From Octopus sinensis (lineage: Eukaryota): DNA of 64,000 bases. The position numbers and the translations under genes are program-made. Under the pieces are notes generated by a model. That model saw only the letters and a program-made list of their open reading frames with translations, was not told the DNA's origin and made no database searches. The stretch is taken from NCBI RefSeq assembly GCF_006345805.1, contig NC_043006.1, forward strand, positions 97,960,001-98,024,000. The letters are read 5' to 3'. Within the stretch, counting starts at the first letter, position 1, and every line of letters begins with the position of its first letter. Shown piece by piece: positions 14,126 to 25,410 of the stretch.

Positions 14126-14215
14126 TTTCATTCTACACGTGTTTCGAAAGGCACAAATTACCAAAATCCGATTGAATAATGGGACCATATTGTGTCTTTC
14201 TCTTCAGGAAGAAAA
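14126..14215 (-). ncRNA. Type I hammerhead ribozyme (copy in left arm)
   Basis: Exact reverse complement of 14591-14680. Confidence 0.75.
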
Positions 14216-14590
14216 AAGGAAATCCGTTGGAAAAACAAAAACAGAACAGAGGCAGAGCAAAAAACAAATCGAACTGTGCTCCTAAGAGCCCATGGCGAAA
14301 CTGTTTATCAGTGTATGTTGAGAACCGGTGGCTGAAGAATTCAACAGGTCAGGCATCGGTCAATAAAACATCCAATATTCTTTAAATAGTCAGAACTTTA
14401 TTCTCGGTCACAAAGAACATATATACACCCTCACCCACATGATTGACCGATGCCTGACCTGTTGAATTCTTCAGCCACCGGTTCTCAACATACACTGATA
14501 AACAGTTTCGCCATGGGCTCTTAGGAGCACAGTTCGATTTGTTTTTTGCTCTGCCTCTGTTCTGTTTTTGTTTTTCCAACGGATTTCCTT

Positions 14591-14680
14591 TTTTCTTCCT
14601 GAAGAGAAAGACACAATATGGTCCCATTATTCAATCGGATTTTGGTAATTTGTGCCTTTCGAAACACGTGTAGAATGAAA
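14591..14680 (+). ncRNA. Type I hammerhead ribozyme, canonical core
   Basis: Helix I TTTTCTTC/GAATGAAA; core CTGAAGA (14599-14605); helix II GAAAGACACAA/TTGTGCCTTTC; GAAA (14661-64); palindromic helix III ACACGTGT; GUA triplet, predicted cut after 14672. Confidence 0.8.
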
Positions 14681-14733
14681 TAAAACGATTTCTGTTCAAT
14701 CTGCGTTCAGCTCCATTTCTTCAATTCACCAAT

Positions 14734-14772
<39 letters not shown>

Positions 14773-14775
<3 letters not shown>

Positions 14776-15350
14776 AACAAAAACGCAATAAAGTTATTAA
14801 AACGTTCGGACAGATAAATGACACAAAGGCGGACAAGAGAAACAACGAATAGAAGGATAGAAGGACAGGCAAAAAAGACGTGTCATTCGTGGCTTTCTTT
14901 CTTCGGTCAAGTTCCAGAATTCACGACCATTTCGGACAGTTACACTTGAGATGGTTCGATCTGGTTGTCCCCCAAAATGTATAAGCTAAGTGCATTAGAC
15001 CCATTTGTAAGAATGCTAGCGAATGTGTACGGTAACAAAGACAAAAAAAAATCAGAGAAACAAACAAAAAATGGAGAGAATGGTACGCAATTACAAATAC
15101 AAACAAGAAGAAATGACAACAGGCGTCTTTCGACAGAATGATTCAAATTGAGATGGCACGTATGGAGTGAAAGCCTAAAGGCAAGAACATGAGATATGGA
15201 CACAAGATGTGTGCATGGTCGGCAGTCAAGCCAAGAAAGAAAGATCATGGCTGGTCGGACACCGGTCACGTGGAAAGAGAAGAAAGGAGTAGAGGACAGC
15301 GGGATTGAAGGATTAGAAAAAATCAGAGACAAAGGGAAAGGTGCAGTGGA
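14773..15350 (-). mobile_element. Probable Penelope-like 3' terminal fragment
   Basis: TA-flanked; its end resembles the 13686 hairpin arms (TGG(G/A)ACAA.AA.GCAA...GA(T/C)ACAAA..GGAC); decayed hammerhead-like GGACA...TGTCC-GAAA-TGGTC at about 14925-14975 and CCGAAGA nearby. Confidence 0.45.
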
Positions 15351-15465
15351 TATATATATGTATATATCCACATATCTATATCTCTATATATATATGTTTA
15401 TTACACACATGTGAGTGAGAACACTTTGAGATATTTTTGGTATCTAACATATGTCAGATACTGCG

Positions 15466-15574
15466 AGCGCTGCTTCTGATTGGTCAATCCATGGTGATGA
15501 CCCGAGGTCACAGTGACAGCGCTGCTTCTGATTGGTCAATCCATGGTGATGATCCGAAATCACGGTGACGGCAC
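15466..15574 (+). repeat. 52-bp tandem duplication containing CTGATTGGTC (reverse CCAAT box)
   Basis: AGCGCTGCTTCTGATTGGTCAATCCATGGTGATGA starts at 15466 and 15518. Confidence 0.9.
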
Positions 15575-15666
15575 TACTTTTGTCATTCATAAGTTACAAC
15601 TAAACGTGAAGAATTTAGATATTGGGTTAATAAAATATGGTCGTTTATTCGTGTGTAATAAATAAA

Positions 15667-15806
15667 ATACCAAACTCATTCCCTATGGATACCGTATTTA
15701 TTACAACTCGTGGCTTGTAAACGTATCTAACTCGCTTTCGCTCGTTAGATACGTTTACTAGCCACTCGTTGTAATAAATACGGTATTCATAGGGAACTCG
15801 TTTGGT

Positions 15807-15808
<2 letters not shown>
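15667..15808. repeat. 142-bp hairpin (MITE-like) with periodic TC/TC internal loops
   Basis: ATACCAAAC...CTAACTCGC-TTTC-GCTCGTTAG...GTTTGGTAT. Confidence 0.9.
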
Positions 15809-15892
<84 letters not shown>

Positions 15893-15902
15893 TTTTAGTC
15901 AA

Positions 15903-16262
15903 TTTAGGGTAGCAAAAAAATTCAATAGAAATTTACCGCTACCAGCGGCCTGGTGGAAAAGAGAAAATAGTCATCGACTAAATATATAAATATAACAATT
16001 TAGGAGTGACCCTAACAGGTCATTCGTCCACCAGAAGAGCAGCCATAACTCACACCGCCAAGTAGTAGTAATTCAGAAATTAGGTGAAAATTTAAAAACA
16101 TTTACCCTAATTCATCTTTTAGACGTTGCAACGTCTAAAAGATGAATTAGGGTAAATGTTTTAAATTTTCACCTAATTTCTGAATTACTACTACTTGGCG
16201 GTGTGAGTTATGGCTGCTCTTTCTGGTGGACGAATGACCTGTTAGGGTCACTCCTAAATTGT

Positions 16263-16266
<4 letters not shown>
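15903..16266. mobile_element. Spacer-less palindrome (15991-16266, centre 16128/16129) of a Penelope-terminus-like family; left arm extends to 15903
   Basis: Arms differ only by two 1-nt homopolymer indels. Left extension AGGGTAGCAAAAAAATT...CTACCAGCGGCCT...AATAGTCATCGACTA is homologous to 37662-37745. Confidence 0.8.
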
Positions 16267-16294
<28 letters not shown>

Positions 16295-16295
16295 T

Positions 16296-16526
16296 GGCGC
16301 GTGGCTCAGTGGTTAGAGCGTCGAGCTCACGATCGTGAGGTTGTGAGCTCGAATCCCGGACCGGGCTGCGTGTTGTGTTCTTGAGCAAGACACTTTATTT
16401 CAAGTTGCTCCAGTTCACTCAGCTGTAGAAATGAGTTGCGACGTCACAGGTGCCAAGCTGTATCGACCCTTGCCTTTCCCTTGGACAACATCGGTGACGT
16501 GGAGAGGGGAGGCCGAAGGGGGTCAC
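16296..16526 (+). mobile_element. SINE family 2 (head A + tail X), internally deleted
   Basis: GGCGCGTGGCTCAGTGGTTAGAGCGTC head; matches 21051 with a deletion between GAGGCC and GAAGGGGGTC. Confidence 0.9.
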
Positions 16527-16541
16527 TATATATATATAAAA

Positions 16542-17277
16542 CCTAAAGGTAGAAATACATACGTCACTAAAGTGTGAAAGGACACTAATTAACACTTGTA
16601 TTGCTAGAAATAATAGTCAAAACAACTCAGTAGCCAAATAAAAAGCACTATCGTAATGAGTTGACTAGGTCGCAGATAGAGCTAGATCACCGATGACTTT
16701 GCATTCTGATGCTTAATGCATATTAATGCTCATCCGTAGCTCTCACCGCTCCTAGGGTTAAAGTAATCTCGCCTTGTCAACTTAGAAGTTCTCTGTTGAA
16801 ATCATATGCTGATTTCATAAAAGGTAGTGTGAGAATTAAAAATAATATGGGTGGCTAATTCCCAATTTTACAACCCAAAGGCAGAAATATATACGTCACT
16901 AAAGCGAACAAGGGCAATAATTAGCACCAGTTTGTTTTGACTCTTATTTCTAGGAATTCTGGTACTGATTAGCCACTCAGTGCAACGGAGAATTGTAATG
17001 TGATAAGGTGTGATGAGTTCAACCCTAGGTGCGGTGAGATCTACCGATGAGCATTAAGATGCGTTACGTATCATAATGCGAAATCATCGGTGATCTAGCT
17101 CTGTCTGCGACCGTAGAGGTCTTGTTTCCCTTGTCAGCCCATTAACATAGAGCGAGTTGTTGTGACTCTTATTTCAAGCAATACTGGCGCTGAATATTGC
17201 CCTTGTTCACTTTATTAACGTATATACGTATATCCGACTTTAGGTTAATAAACTACGAATTAGTCACCCATATATAC
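16542..17277. mobile_element. Nested fold-back element with long imperfect inverted arms
   Basis: 16542-16760 pairs with about 17020-17244 (GGTCGCAGA.AGAGCTAGATCACCGATGA...CCTAGGGTT); a third copy of the terminus lies at 16845-16935. Confidence 0.75.
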
Positions 17278-17284
17278 ATTATTA

Positions 17285-17625
17285 ATTATAATTATAATTA
17301 TAATTCTGGGTACTAGATTTGAATTTGGCGCTAATACCTCAAGGAGTTGAAGAATCATGACGAAGCGGACATTAGTTAAAACTCAGACAACGAGTTCCAC
17401 TGGTAAGGGTTAAGAGTACTAAATCAGAATTCGAAATCACGTGTTATGGATATATCTGCAAATTTAGTTGCGTTTTTACCCCGCAATGGTAGGTTGCCTT
17501 TTTACTCGCTTCTCGATTTCGTCAGCAGGTTGAATTTTCAGTGATATTGTGGCTTATTTGAGTATTTTTCGAATGTTATTTCTAGTAGCGCCGGTACTCT
17601 CAATTATAATTATAATTATAAAATT
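17285..17625. mobile_element. Fold-back element with (AATTAT)n termini and a decayed hammerhead-like fold
   Basis: AATTATAATT..GTAC..GGCGCTA at 17285-17337 is inverted at 17583-17625; CAGACAA-C-GAGTTC...GAATTC-GAAA-TCACGTG at 17384-17446. Confidence 0.5.
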
Positions 17626-17719
17626 ATAAATTTACTATTCTGTTTTTTTTTATGCTTGCTAGCCACTTATAGTATTATTTATTATCATTAATAATATATC
17701 TTTAAATATATATATATAT

Positions 17720-18118
17720 GTTCTCAAACCGATAAATTGACTACTGCTAATTATTAGCTGCAGGCTGGTTTTTCGAGTCTCAGCGCGCCAAAAGTAGAGG
17801 CATTTGAAAAATACATCCGAACTTAATAGGTTGTACTTTTTGCATACGGGACTCCGGTACCGTTTTTCATCTAGTACAGCATATTATGCTCATAACAAAC
17901 TGCGCTGACGAAGCTACAGATATCCTTGTGATATTAATAGCTGAAATCGTTCGGTACACAGGTGATTATTCCATTTCGTATATTTCTTTTGTCTTATCTA
18001 TTGCTTTAGGTCGTGCTGAATTTTATTTTATTTGAGAACAAAATCTTTGTGGAGAATGGCGATTTGACGTCTATATCTAGCATGTTGACTGTCCACTTTT
18101 TCGTGTTCAGTCCTTAAT
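17720..18118 (+). mobile_element. TA-flanked Penelope-terminus-like fragment with decayed hammerhead (17900-17958)
   Basis: CTGACGA (17905-11), helix II AGCTA/TAGCT, GAAA (17943-46), helix III decayed (ATCGTT versus ACCGGT-like). Confidence 0.6.
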
Positions 18119-18119
18119 T

Positions 18120-18158
<39 letters not shown>

Positions 18159-18159
18159 A

Positions 18160-18465
18160 GAGAAGAAAGAGATGGACGCTTCAATTCTATGCTGTTGCCG
18201 CATTATGTCGTACGCGAATGAGAGGATTTGCATCCCCAACCAAGAATTTTTGATGTAACACATGTCCTTGGGGAAGCTGTTGTGCGCGGCTGAAGAAGGC
18301 CACAAACATACATTATGCATTGTTATAAATCTGTCTAATAAAGGCCCGAAACATATGTACCGCTGAATCCTTGGCATCATGTTTTTATTTTGATCAATTT
18401 ACTCCACCACCTACACCACCAAACGGTATACACAGGTGCTTATAATTATCAAGTACTCACCCCGA

Positions 18466-18470
<5 letters not shown>
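18160..18470 (+). mobile_element. TA-flanked short non-coding element carrying a hammerhead
   Basis: About 310-bp unique insert between two (TA)n tracts; contains the fold at 18286-18363. Confidence 0.7.
18286..18363 (+). ncRNA. Type I hammerhead ribozyme, canonical core
   Basis: Helix I GCGG/CCGC; CTGAAGA (18290-96); helix II A.C mismatch plus GGCC/GGCC; GAAA (18348-51); palindromic helix III ACATATGT; GUA triplet, cut after 18359. Confidence 0.8.
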
Positions 18471-18508
<38 letters not shown>

Positions 18509-18799
18509 TCATATATGCATGTGTATAGCACATTTCATTCTTCACTCGACAACACATTTATTTATAGATATACGCAAAGCAAAATACATTTCTCTCATCT
18601 CTCTCTTGGGAGATTTTTCAGCCAGAAAATGTGGGCATCATCTGGTCCGGAGGCTTTCCATTTAGGTATTTTCTTGATCTTTCTTTTACTTGTTATATTC
18701 TTTGTGTCACGCCATAGTCCATTACTCTTTTAGATTTCCCTTGCCCAGTCTGCTTTTATATTATGTTGCACTTCTTTACTCCAAATTTTTGCTTAGAAC

Positions 18800-19700
18800 A
18801 CAAGGTCATTTTACAGGGAGACTCGCTCTCATCATTAGTCTTCGTCATTGCGCCAATTCGTCTGACAAACATACTGAGTAAATCCAGGCCCGCTTATGAC
18901 TCTACGAAATTCAAGGTGCGAATAAATCACCAACTTTATATGGAAGACCTCAATCTGTATACAAAAAGTGAGACAGAACCAGACATTTGATCCAAACAGT
19001 GATATTCGAATGGTAAGAAATGCAAAGAAATGGCCAATTCACGCAACAAACCGAGAAGTAAAGATCGCTGGCTTTGGTGAGAACTTAAAACGAGATAGAG
19101 AAATGCTAATTATAAGCGTCCAAGAACAAACCTGGTAAATGCAACCAACGACAAAAGTTAGTCAGACAGCAAATGTAGAAACTACAGGAAAGGGTTCGAG
19201 AGTAACAACTGCATTTTGAGTGAGTGCAGTTCGTATATTGTATGGGCAAAAGAGTGCATTGGAATGTTAGCCGAGTGTGTGCTTCAAAACAACAGAAAAG
19301 ATGTATGAACACATAGCATAGGCTGTAATAGAAAATGAGAATTACATGATCACGTGGGGGCTTCTTCTTCCAAAAAGACTGACCGTACAATGGAGGTACG
19401 AAGTATGGCGTGATTAGAGAAGACAAAGTAAACAAACTATGTGAGATCATATATTTTGCTATTCCCTATGATAGCATAAATAAAACAACAGAAATTTTTA
19501 GAAAATTAGAAATATCAGGATGTAACCAGAGAGCCGAGCAGACTGTGAAAGTCCAAGACAACTATTATTCCTATTGTAATTCGTGCACGTAACACAACAC
19601 CCAAAGTATTACCTACAATACTGAAAGATATTGGAAATGAAACTCGCATTGTCGCCCTGTAAACAAGAGCCATTCTATATTATGCAAAATTCTAAGAAAG
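18800..19700 (+). mobile_element. Decayed Dong/R4-clade LINE (RT, zinc finger, restriction-like endonuclease remnants)
   Basis: LQGDSLSSLVFVIA...RINHQLYMEDLNLY (RT); SKCR...HILSEC (CCHC region); IREDKVNKLCEIIYFAIPYD (REL endonuclease-like). Confidence 0.75.
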
Positions 19701-20199
19701 ACTCTTGAGATTTGAGGAGAATTGTCGCCAAACATCACGATAAAATATCTGCCAACTAATTTAGCATGCATTAGCGAAAACCAAAATAAAATTTACAATA
19801 ACAATGCTAGTACAGTAACACTGCATACTACTATATTAGTAGCAGTAGTAGCGGTGGTTGTTACTGTTGTGGAATTGGAAAATATTAAATATATTGTACT
19901 AAATTTATGTTTACCGAATCTCACTATTATCCAATGTTTTCACAATCGGTCAATTCCGTTTATGTAAATGTACGCATTATTGAATGTATGTATGTATGTA
20001 TGTATGTATGTATGTATGTATGTATGTAGGTAGGTATGTGTGTATGTGCATAAATATATGTGCGTATATGTGTGTGGATACTTTATTTTTTAAGCATTTT
20101 AATCAGTCTACAACTTACGTTATTGGAATATTAACAATGTTTTCCTTTTCTGTATTTCATTTCATATTGTTTTGCTACAAGCAACTTAGTTAACTAATA

Positions 20200-20520
20200 T
20201 TTGTTCGTGAAGCTAGCTCCATGAATGCACCTGGCTTTCAAAGACATGATTCCACCTCCTCCTCCTCCATAATTTTGATTTTTGTTGCTTTTTGTCCCAG
20301 CCAGATGTGTTTACGTGTATTTTGTTTGTGTTATATTTTGTTGATGTTTCCCCCAAAATTTGCTGATTATTCCTCTGTCATATTGCGTAGAATTAATGCA
20401 AATGAATTCGAGTTGTTTGCATTCAGACCTTTTCTTCTGTGTATGGGTAGAAAAATTGGAACATACTTATTTCAAGCATCCCTTCGAAGTGTAGGCGACC
20501 ACACCGGAAACAGTATCCTT
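20200..20520 (-). mobile_element. Possible LINE ORF1 remnant with CCHC knuckle
   Basis: Minus frame YCFRCGRLHFEG followed by an acidic EEEE run; heavily decayed. Confidence 0.3.
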
Positions 20521-20531
20521 TATTGATTATA

Positions 20532-20884
20532 TTTTACTTGTTTTAGTCATTTGACTGTTGCCATTCTGGTGAACAGCCTTGAAGGGATTGAGTCGAGCAA
20601 ATCGACCCCAGGGTTTATTCTTAAATCTTAGTACTTAATCTATCAGTCTCTTTGCTGAACCGTTAAGTTTCAGGGATGTTAACATACCAACACTAGTCGT
20701 CAAGCGGTGGAAATGCACACATATATACACGATGGTCTTTTTTCAGTTTCTGTCAACGAAATTCACTCATAAGTATTTGGTCAGTCCGAAGCTATAGTAG
20801 AAGACACTTGACCAATATGCTGCGCAATGGGTTTGAACCGAAATCATGTGGTTAGGAAGTGGTCCAACTACTACATAGCCACGT
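20532..20884 (-). mobile_element. SINE family 1, old divergent copy
   Basis: Reverse complement of head, body and tail (TTTTACTTGTTTTAGTCATTTGACTG...GCTATAGTAGAAGACACTTG). Confidence 0.85.
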
Positions 20885-21050
20885 AGAATACGGACCTATT
20901 ATGCTACTCTAACCAATCTCTAATAAAAACTCTCCAACAGACCGTTAATTCAAATTTCCTATACGCAAAGTTGAGGAAAAAGCAGAGATCATCGTCATTA
21001 AATATGCAGACAAACCCAGCTAGAAATGGAATATTTGATGTGCTTGTGAA

Positions 21051-21398
21051 GGCGCGTGGCTCAGTGGTTAGAGCGTCGAGCTTACGATCGTGAGGTTATG
21101 AGCTCGAATCCCGGACCGGGCTGCGTGTTGTGTTCTTGAGCAAGACACTTTATTTCACGTTGCTCCAGTTCACTCAGCTGTAGAAATGAGTTGCGACGTC
21201 ACAGGTGCCAAGCTGTATCGGCCCTTGCCTTTCCCTTGGATAACACTGGTGACGTGGAGAGGGGAGGCCGGAATGCATGGGCGACTGCTGGTCTTCCATA
21301 AAAAAAAACCAAAAAAAAAACCACCTTGCCCAGACTTGTGCCTCAGAGGGTAACTCTCTAGGTGCAAACCCATGGTCAGTGTCTGACCGAAGGGGGTC
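21051..21398 (+). mobile_element. SINE family 2, full length (head A + tail X)
   Basis: tRNA-like head with TGGCTCAGTGG and GAGCTCGAATCCC boxes; ends GACCGAAGGGGGTC. Confidence 0.92.
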
Positions 21399-24300
21399 AA
21401 ATAACAAAGATGTATATGACTGCGTTGTTCAAACGTTTCAGACGCAGTTGTTTCTGCAGATGTAGTTGGCTACTGAATCAGAAACACATGTCCTCGGGTA
21501 CCATTTTGTCTCCAGGTAATAAGACAGCCTTATTCCTTAATAGTAATCAACTTTTGAATTTATTGAGGTTATGTCCCTTTCGCATGTGGCACTATTTCTA
21601 ATTGCCATTTTTTTTTATCATGATATATTCTCTAGAGGAGGAGATAAAATGACTCTCCCCCAGACACAACAGAGATAATTTTAATTGATCAAGAAGTTAT
21701 TCTATGAGATATTTTATATTTCTGTATTCGTCTATGTTGGTCTAATACATGCCACTGAGTATCCTGAGTTATTTCTCTTTGCTCATTTTTGTTTATTTAT
21801 GCACGAGTACAATGACATACTCACACACATCTATACGTATGTATTTCGCTTTAGATATATTATAAGAAAAGATTAGTGCTCAGTCGTATGGTAAAAAATG
21901 AACATCTAAAACTCTCCTATTTTGTTGTCTTTTATTTTCGTAGTTAAAACAAAATATAACATTCATTGGTTGCCAGCAATTTTTTCTGCTCTTAAAAGGA
22001 TTTTATCATCTATATATATACTGTCCAGTAATTACGTGTCGAAAAAAATTTTATCTTTCTACTTGTTCTGCAATACATTTTAACGCTTCAAAAAACAAAC
22101 ATATGTTTGCTTACATATGACGTAATCTGTAACATTCATATATTAAACAACATATTATATACATTTAAATAAAGGCAAATAATGTTGTTCGTGATGATGG
22201 TGTAGGTACTTATCTTTTGTTGTAAGAATGAACATTTGCATTAATATGCCGTGTCGAACTATAGAATTATAAATATTTGGATCAAATTGAATATTTTCTC
22301 TAATCTATTATTATGAAGCGGGTTACATAATCGATCAAATTGCAATAAATTTGGGCGCTAAATTTAATCCATCGTAGGAAAATATGGGATAATTTTGCTT
22401 AAGCGTGTATTTGACATCTGTATTTGATTTTTAAAATTATTTTATCTTGTGCACTTTTGACACTGCATTCCTTGGTAAGACCTCCTGCGTTTAGATATTT
22501 TGGATAAAACGAAATGAAGATATGAACATTCTGATAAAAGTCTGCACGGCTATTGTTAGAATCAAAAATATTCTGACTCCATAGATTAAAATGCTTGCTA
22601 TTTCTACACTGCAACCAGAATGCAGTTCATTTTATATCTATAAAATTAGCACCAGCAATATACAGAGGTTGTTCAATCCACTACAGCCCCTGCATGCTAC
22701 AATCTGAATTTGATCCAATCAAAAGTGATCGTGGAAGATGACGCTTAACGCTTTTATAATTGTTAATGTCTAGATTTCTTTCTTCATTATCGTGATTTTA
22801 ATTCAGATGACATTCAACAGTGCATTTATTTAAATGGAATCTATTGCTTTACTACAATTTGTGTACGAGTTAATTGATTACAATTATATATATAATCATT
22901 ACCCCTCTTGAAAATAATCCGACAAGTTGCCTAAATCTAACGTACTTTTTTTACACTCTGCATTCACATTTCATCTCGTCGATTTTACTGTGAATACTCG
23001 TTTTGTCATTATTATACACAGAGGAGTTCAATTGGTTGTAGTTCAATTTTATATGAATTAGTCTGTTACCTCATATAAAAACAATTAATACGGTAACAAT
23101 AGCCTCAACTTTTGTATTTCTAAGTTTTCTAATTCTACAACAGACTCGCCATAGAAAATTCTGAAGTCAATGCCCTCAACTTCAATTTATGTCTATTTTT
23201 GCGTATCACGATACATCGCATGTCATTATAAAAGCAACAACGAAAGCGGAATCGCAAATAGACGCAATTGTTTCATTAATTTGATCGAAGTTTGAACAAT
23301 GTAATGTGTTTTACCTGACGTTTGACCTAATTATATTCTATAATTGATTTGTCAAATTCAGGACCATTTACTAATTTATTCTCAAATATCTATCAATGCA
23401 GCCTTTGAACCTGGTTCACAGACCTATTCCCTTGACAAACAATTCAGAACAATATACTGGTTTACCATTGCTGTTTTGCATTTATTCTTATATTAATGTC
23501 TCTGCTTTCGTCTTATAAGATATATATATATATATTTCCGCTCAGTCTTCCACGATGTATCTGTTTTTCATTTTCTCTTCACCCATACTGTATCTTATCT
23601 GAGATAACCAAGAACTTTTCATAAATCATCTTCTCCGCTATCTACTCTTGTTCATGAATTTCCATCTATGTAACTCCCATCCCTATAATCATTATTCTCT
23701 TACGAACACCTACCTAGACGAAGTGCAACGGAACAAAGATGGGAGATATTGTGGTTAGAAAGGTGAGGAATTAACAGTAATCTTAAAATTGCCTTCCGTT
23801 AATTAGTGTGCTTTATCTTCGAGTTTCAACTCATGCTTCCTGTATAGTTAAAATAAAAGAGGAAAAACAGTACTGCAGTTGATTTGACGGATTTTGTACT
23901 ATATTTAAAGGACTACGTATTTCGCAGTATGTTGAGGTTAAGTGCCTGTGCTAAACAAGAATATAGGATATCGTTCCCATCACTCTAATGAAATTATTTT
24001 TACTTATTAAGTATACATAGTTTGCTATAGTGTTATGGGTGATAGTCACTAAGCTCAAACTTATTAATAAAATAATTCAAGCTATGTAGAAGTTCGAAAA
24101 ACGTCACTGAATGCGACTGCTCCACATATTTTATGTATTACAAAACTGTTACCTAACACCAAAATTCTTTCATAAATATTCATGAGTAAACGTAATATCT
24201 AAAGGATGAATTACTCGCCTTCACAATAAATGGCAGTATAGGCATTACGTAGACAAGCGGTAAAGAAGTAAAGATTTTAATCAACATAGTTATTCAACAA

Positions 24301-24876
24301 ACCTGATCTCATCCCTGTCACTTTGATATATCATATCTATTCTTGTACTTGGGTAGCTTTCTTTCTTGCATTCTTTTTTTTTTTTTCCTATTTGAAAACA
24401 AACAATACTGGAATTCATATTGTACACACAAAGATGCACAAATATATGTATGAATGTATGAATGAATGTATGTATAAACATGCACATACATACACATTCA
24501 AGCACACATACACATATATACATATAATACAATACGTTGGACTACGTTAGAAGATTTGTAATACTGGCAGAAACTTTTGCTCTATTCATGGCGTCTGAGA
24601 TGTAATTTTATCGCTACAGTGCAAACAAACTACAACTGTGAGATTGTTAATAAAATATATTAATAAAACCAAAAAGCGAGGCATTGCAAAAAAGGTTGAA
24701 AAATAGTTTTAACCGAAGAAACACGCACAACAAAATATTTTAAATAAATGGAAATATAGCCAATAACTTATTTTGACTGGTTTATATATTTTCTTTCTTG
24801 CAGAAGAACCATTTTGAAGCAGAATATATTAGATATTCTTTCTCGAATATTGAAAACTGGTAACCATAATACATAC

Positions 24877-24924
<48 letters not shown>

Positions 24925-24956
24925 TCACTCAAACACAGTCATTTATACATACATAC

Positions 24957-25026
<70 letters not shown>

Positions 25027-25214
25027 TTATATATATATATATATATACACTCAACTGTGATATTGTTTGCAATATTTTTCGCATGTGATCGAGAACTGTA
25101 TTTCTGCGTACGTGTGTGTTATTCGAATGTCTGCGGTGGTGTGTTTATGGATGTTTCTTAGCATTTCTGGTGTCTAAAAGTGATTTAAAGGAATAATTCT
25201 AATTTAGATACAAT

Positions 25215-25410
25215 GCCAGGCTTTTTTGAGAGCAGGAGCTTGTTCGATACCATCGACCCCTGAACATGACTGCATCTTAAGTTATCGTGCCCTGAAATAC
25301 AAAGCGAAAGTTCGCTCGCTAAGGGATTTGAATTCAGAATGTAAAGAGAGAAATACTTCAAAGCCTTTTGTCCGATTTCCTTAGAATTCTACTTGTTCGG
25401 CACCTTGAAG
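25215..25410 (-). mobile_element. Degenerate SINE family 3
   Basis: CATCGACCCC...GATTTGAATTCAGAATGTAAAG matches the reverse complement of 59905; another degenerate copy at about 3390-3560. Confidence 0.5.

Larger units (their letters stand above)
13917..14742. mobile_element. Penelope-terminus-like fold-back element: 301-bp perfect inverted repeat (14064-14364 / 14442-14742), 77-bp spacer, between (TA)n tracts
   Basis: Arms are exact reverse complements by eye, and the ORF track gives identical 62-aa N-termini on both strands. The minus-strand copy extends further, to 13917. Each arm carries a hammerhead fold. Confidence 0.85.

Noticed and set aside
14179-14627. Two ORFs with identical 62-aa N-termini (duplicated gene?)
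   Set aside because: A by-product of the 301-bp inverted repeat; no coding hallmarks.
16538-17248. piggyBac-type MITE (TTAA-CCTAAAG termini)
   Set aside because: The left TTAA is absent, and homology with the internal terminus copy (16845-16935) extends past the right TTAA to about 17277, so TTAA is internal to the unit.
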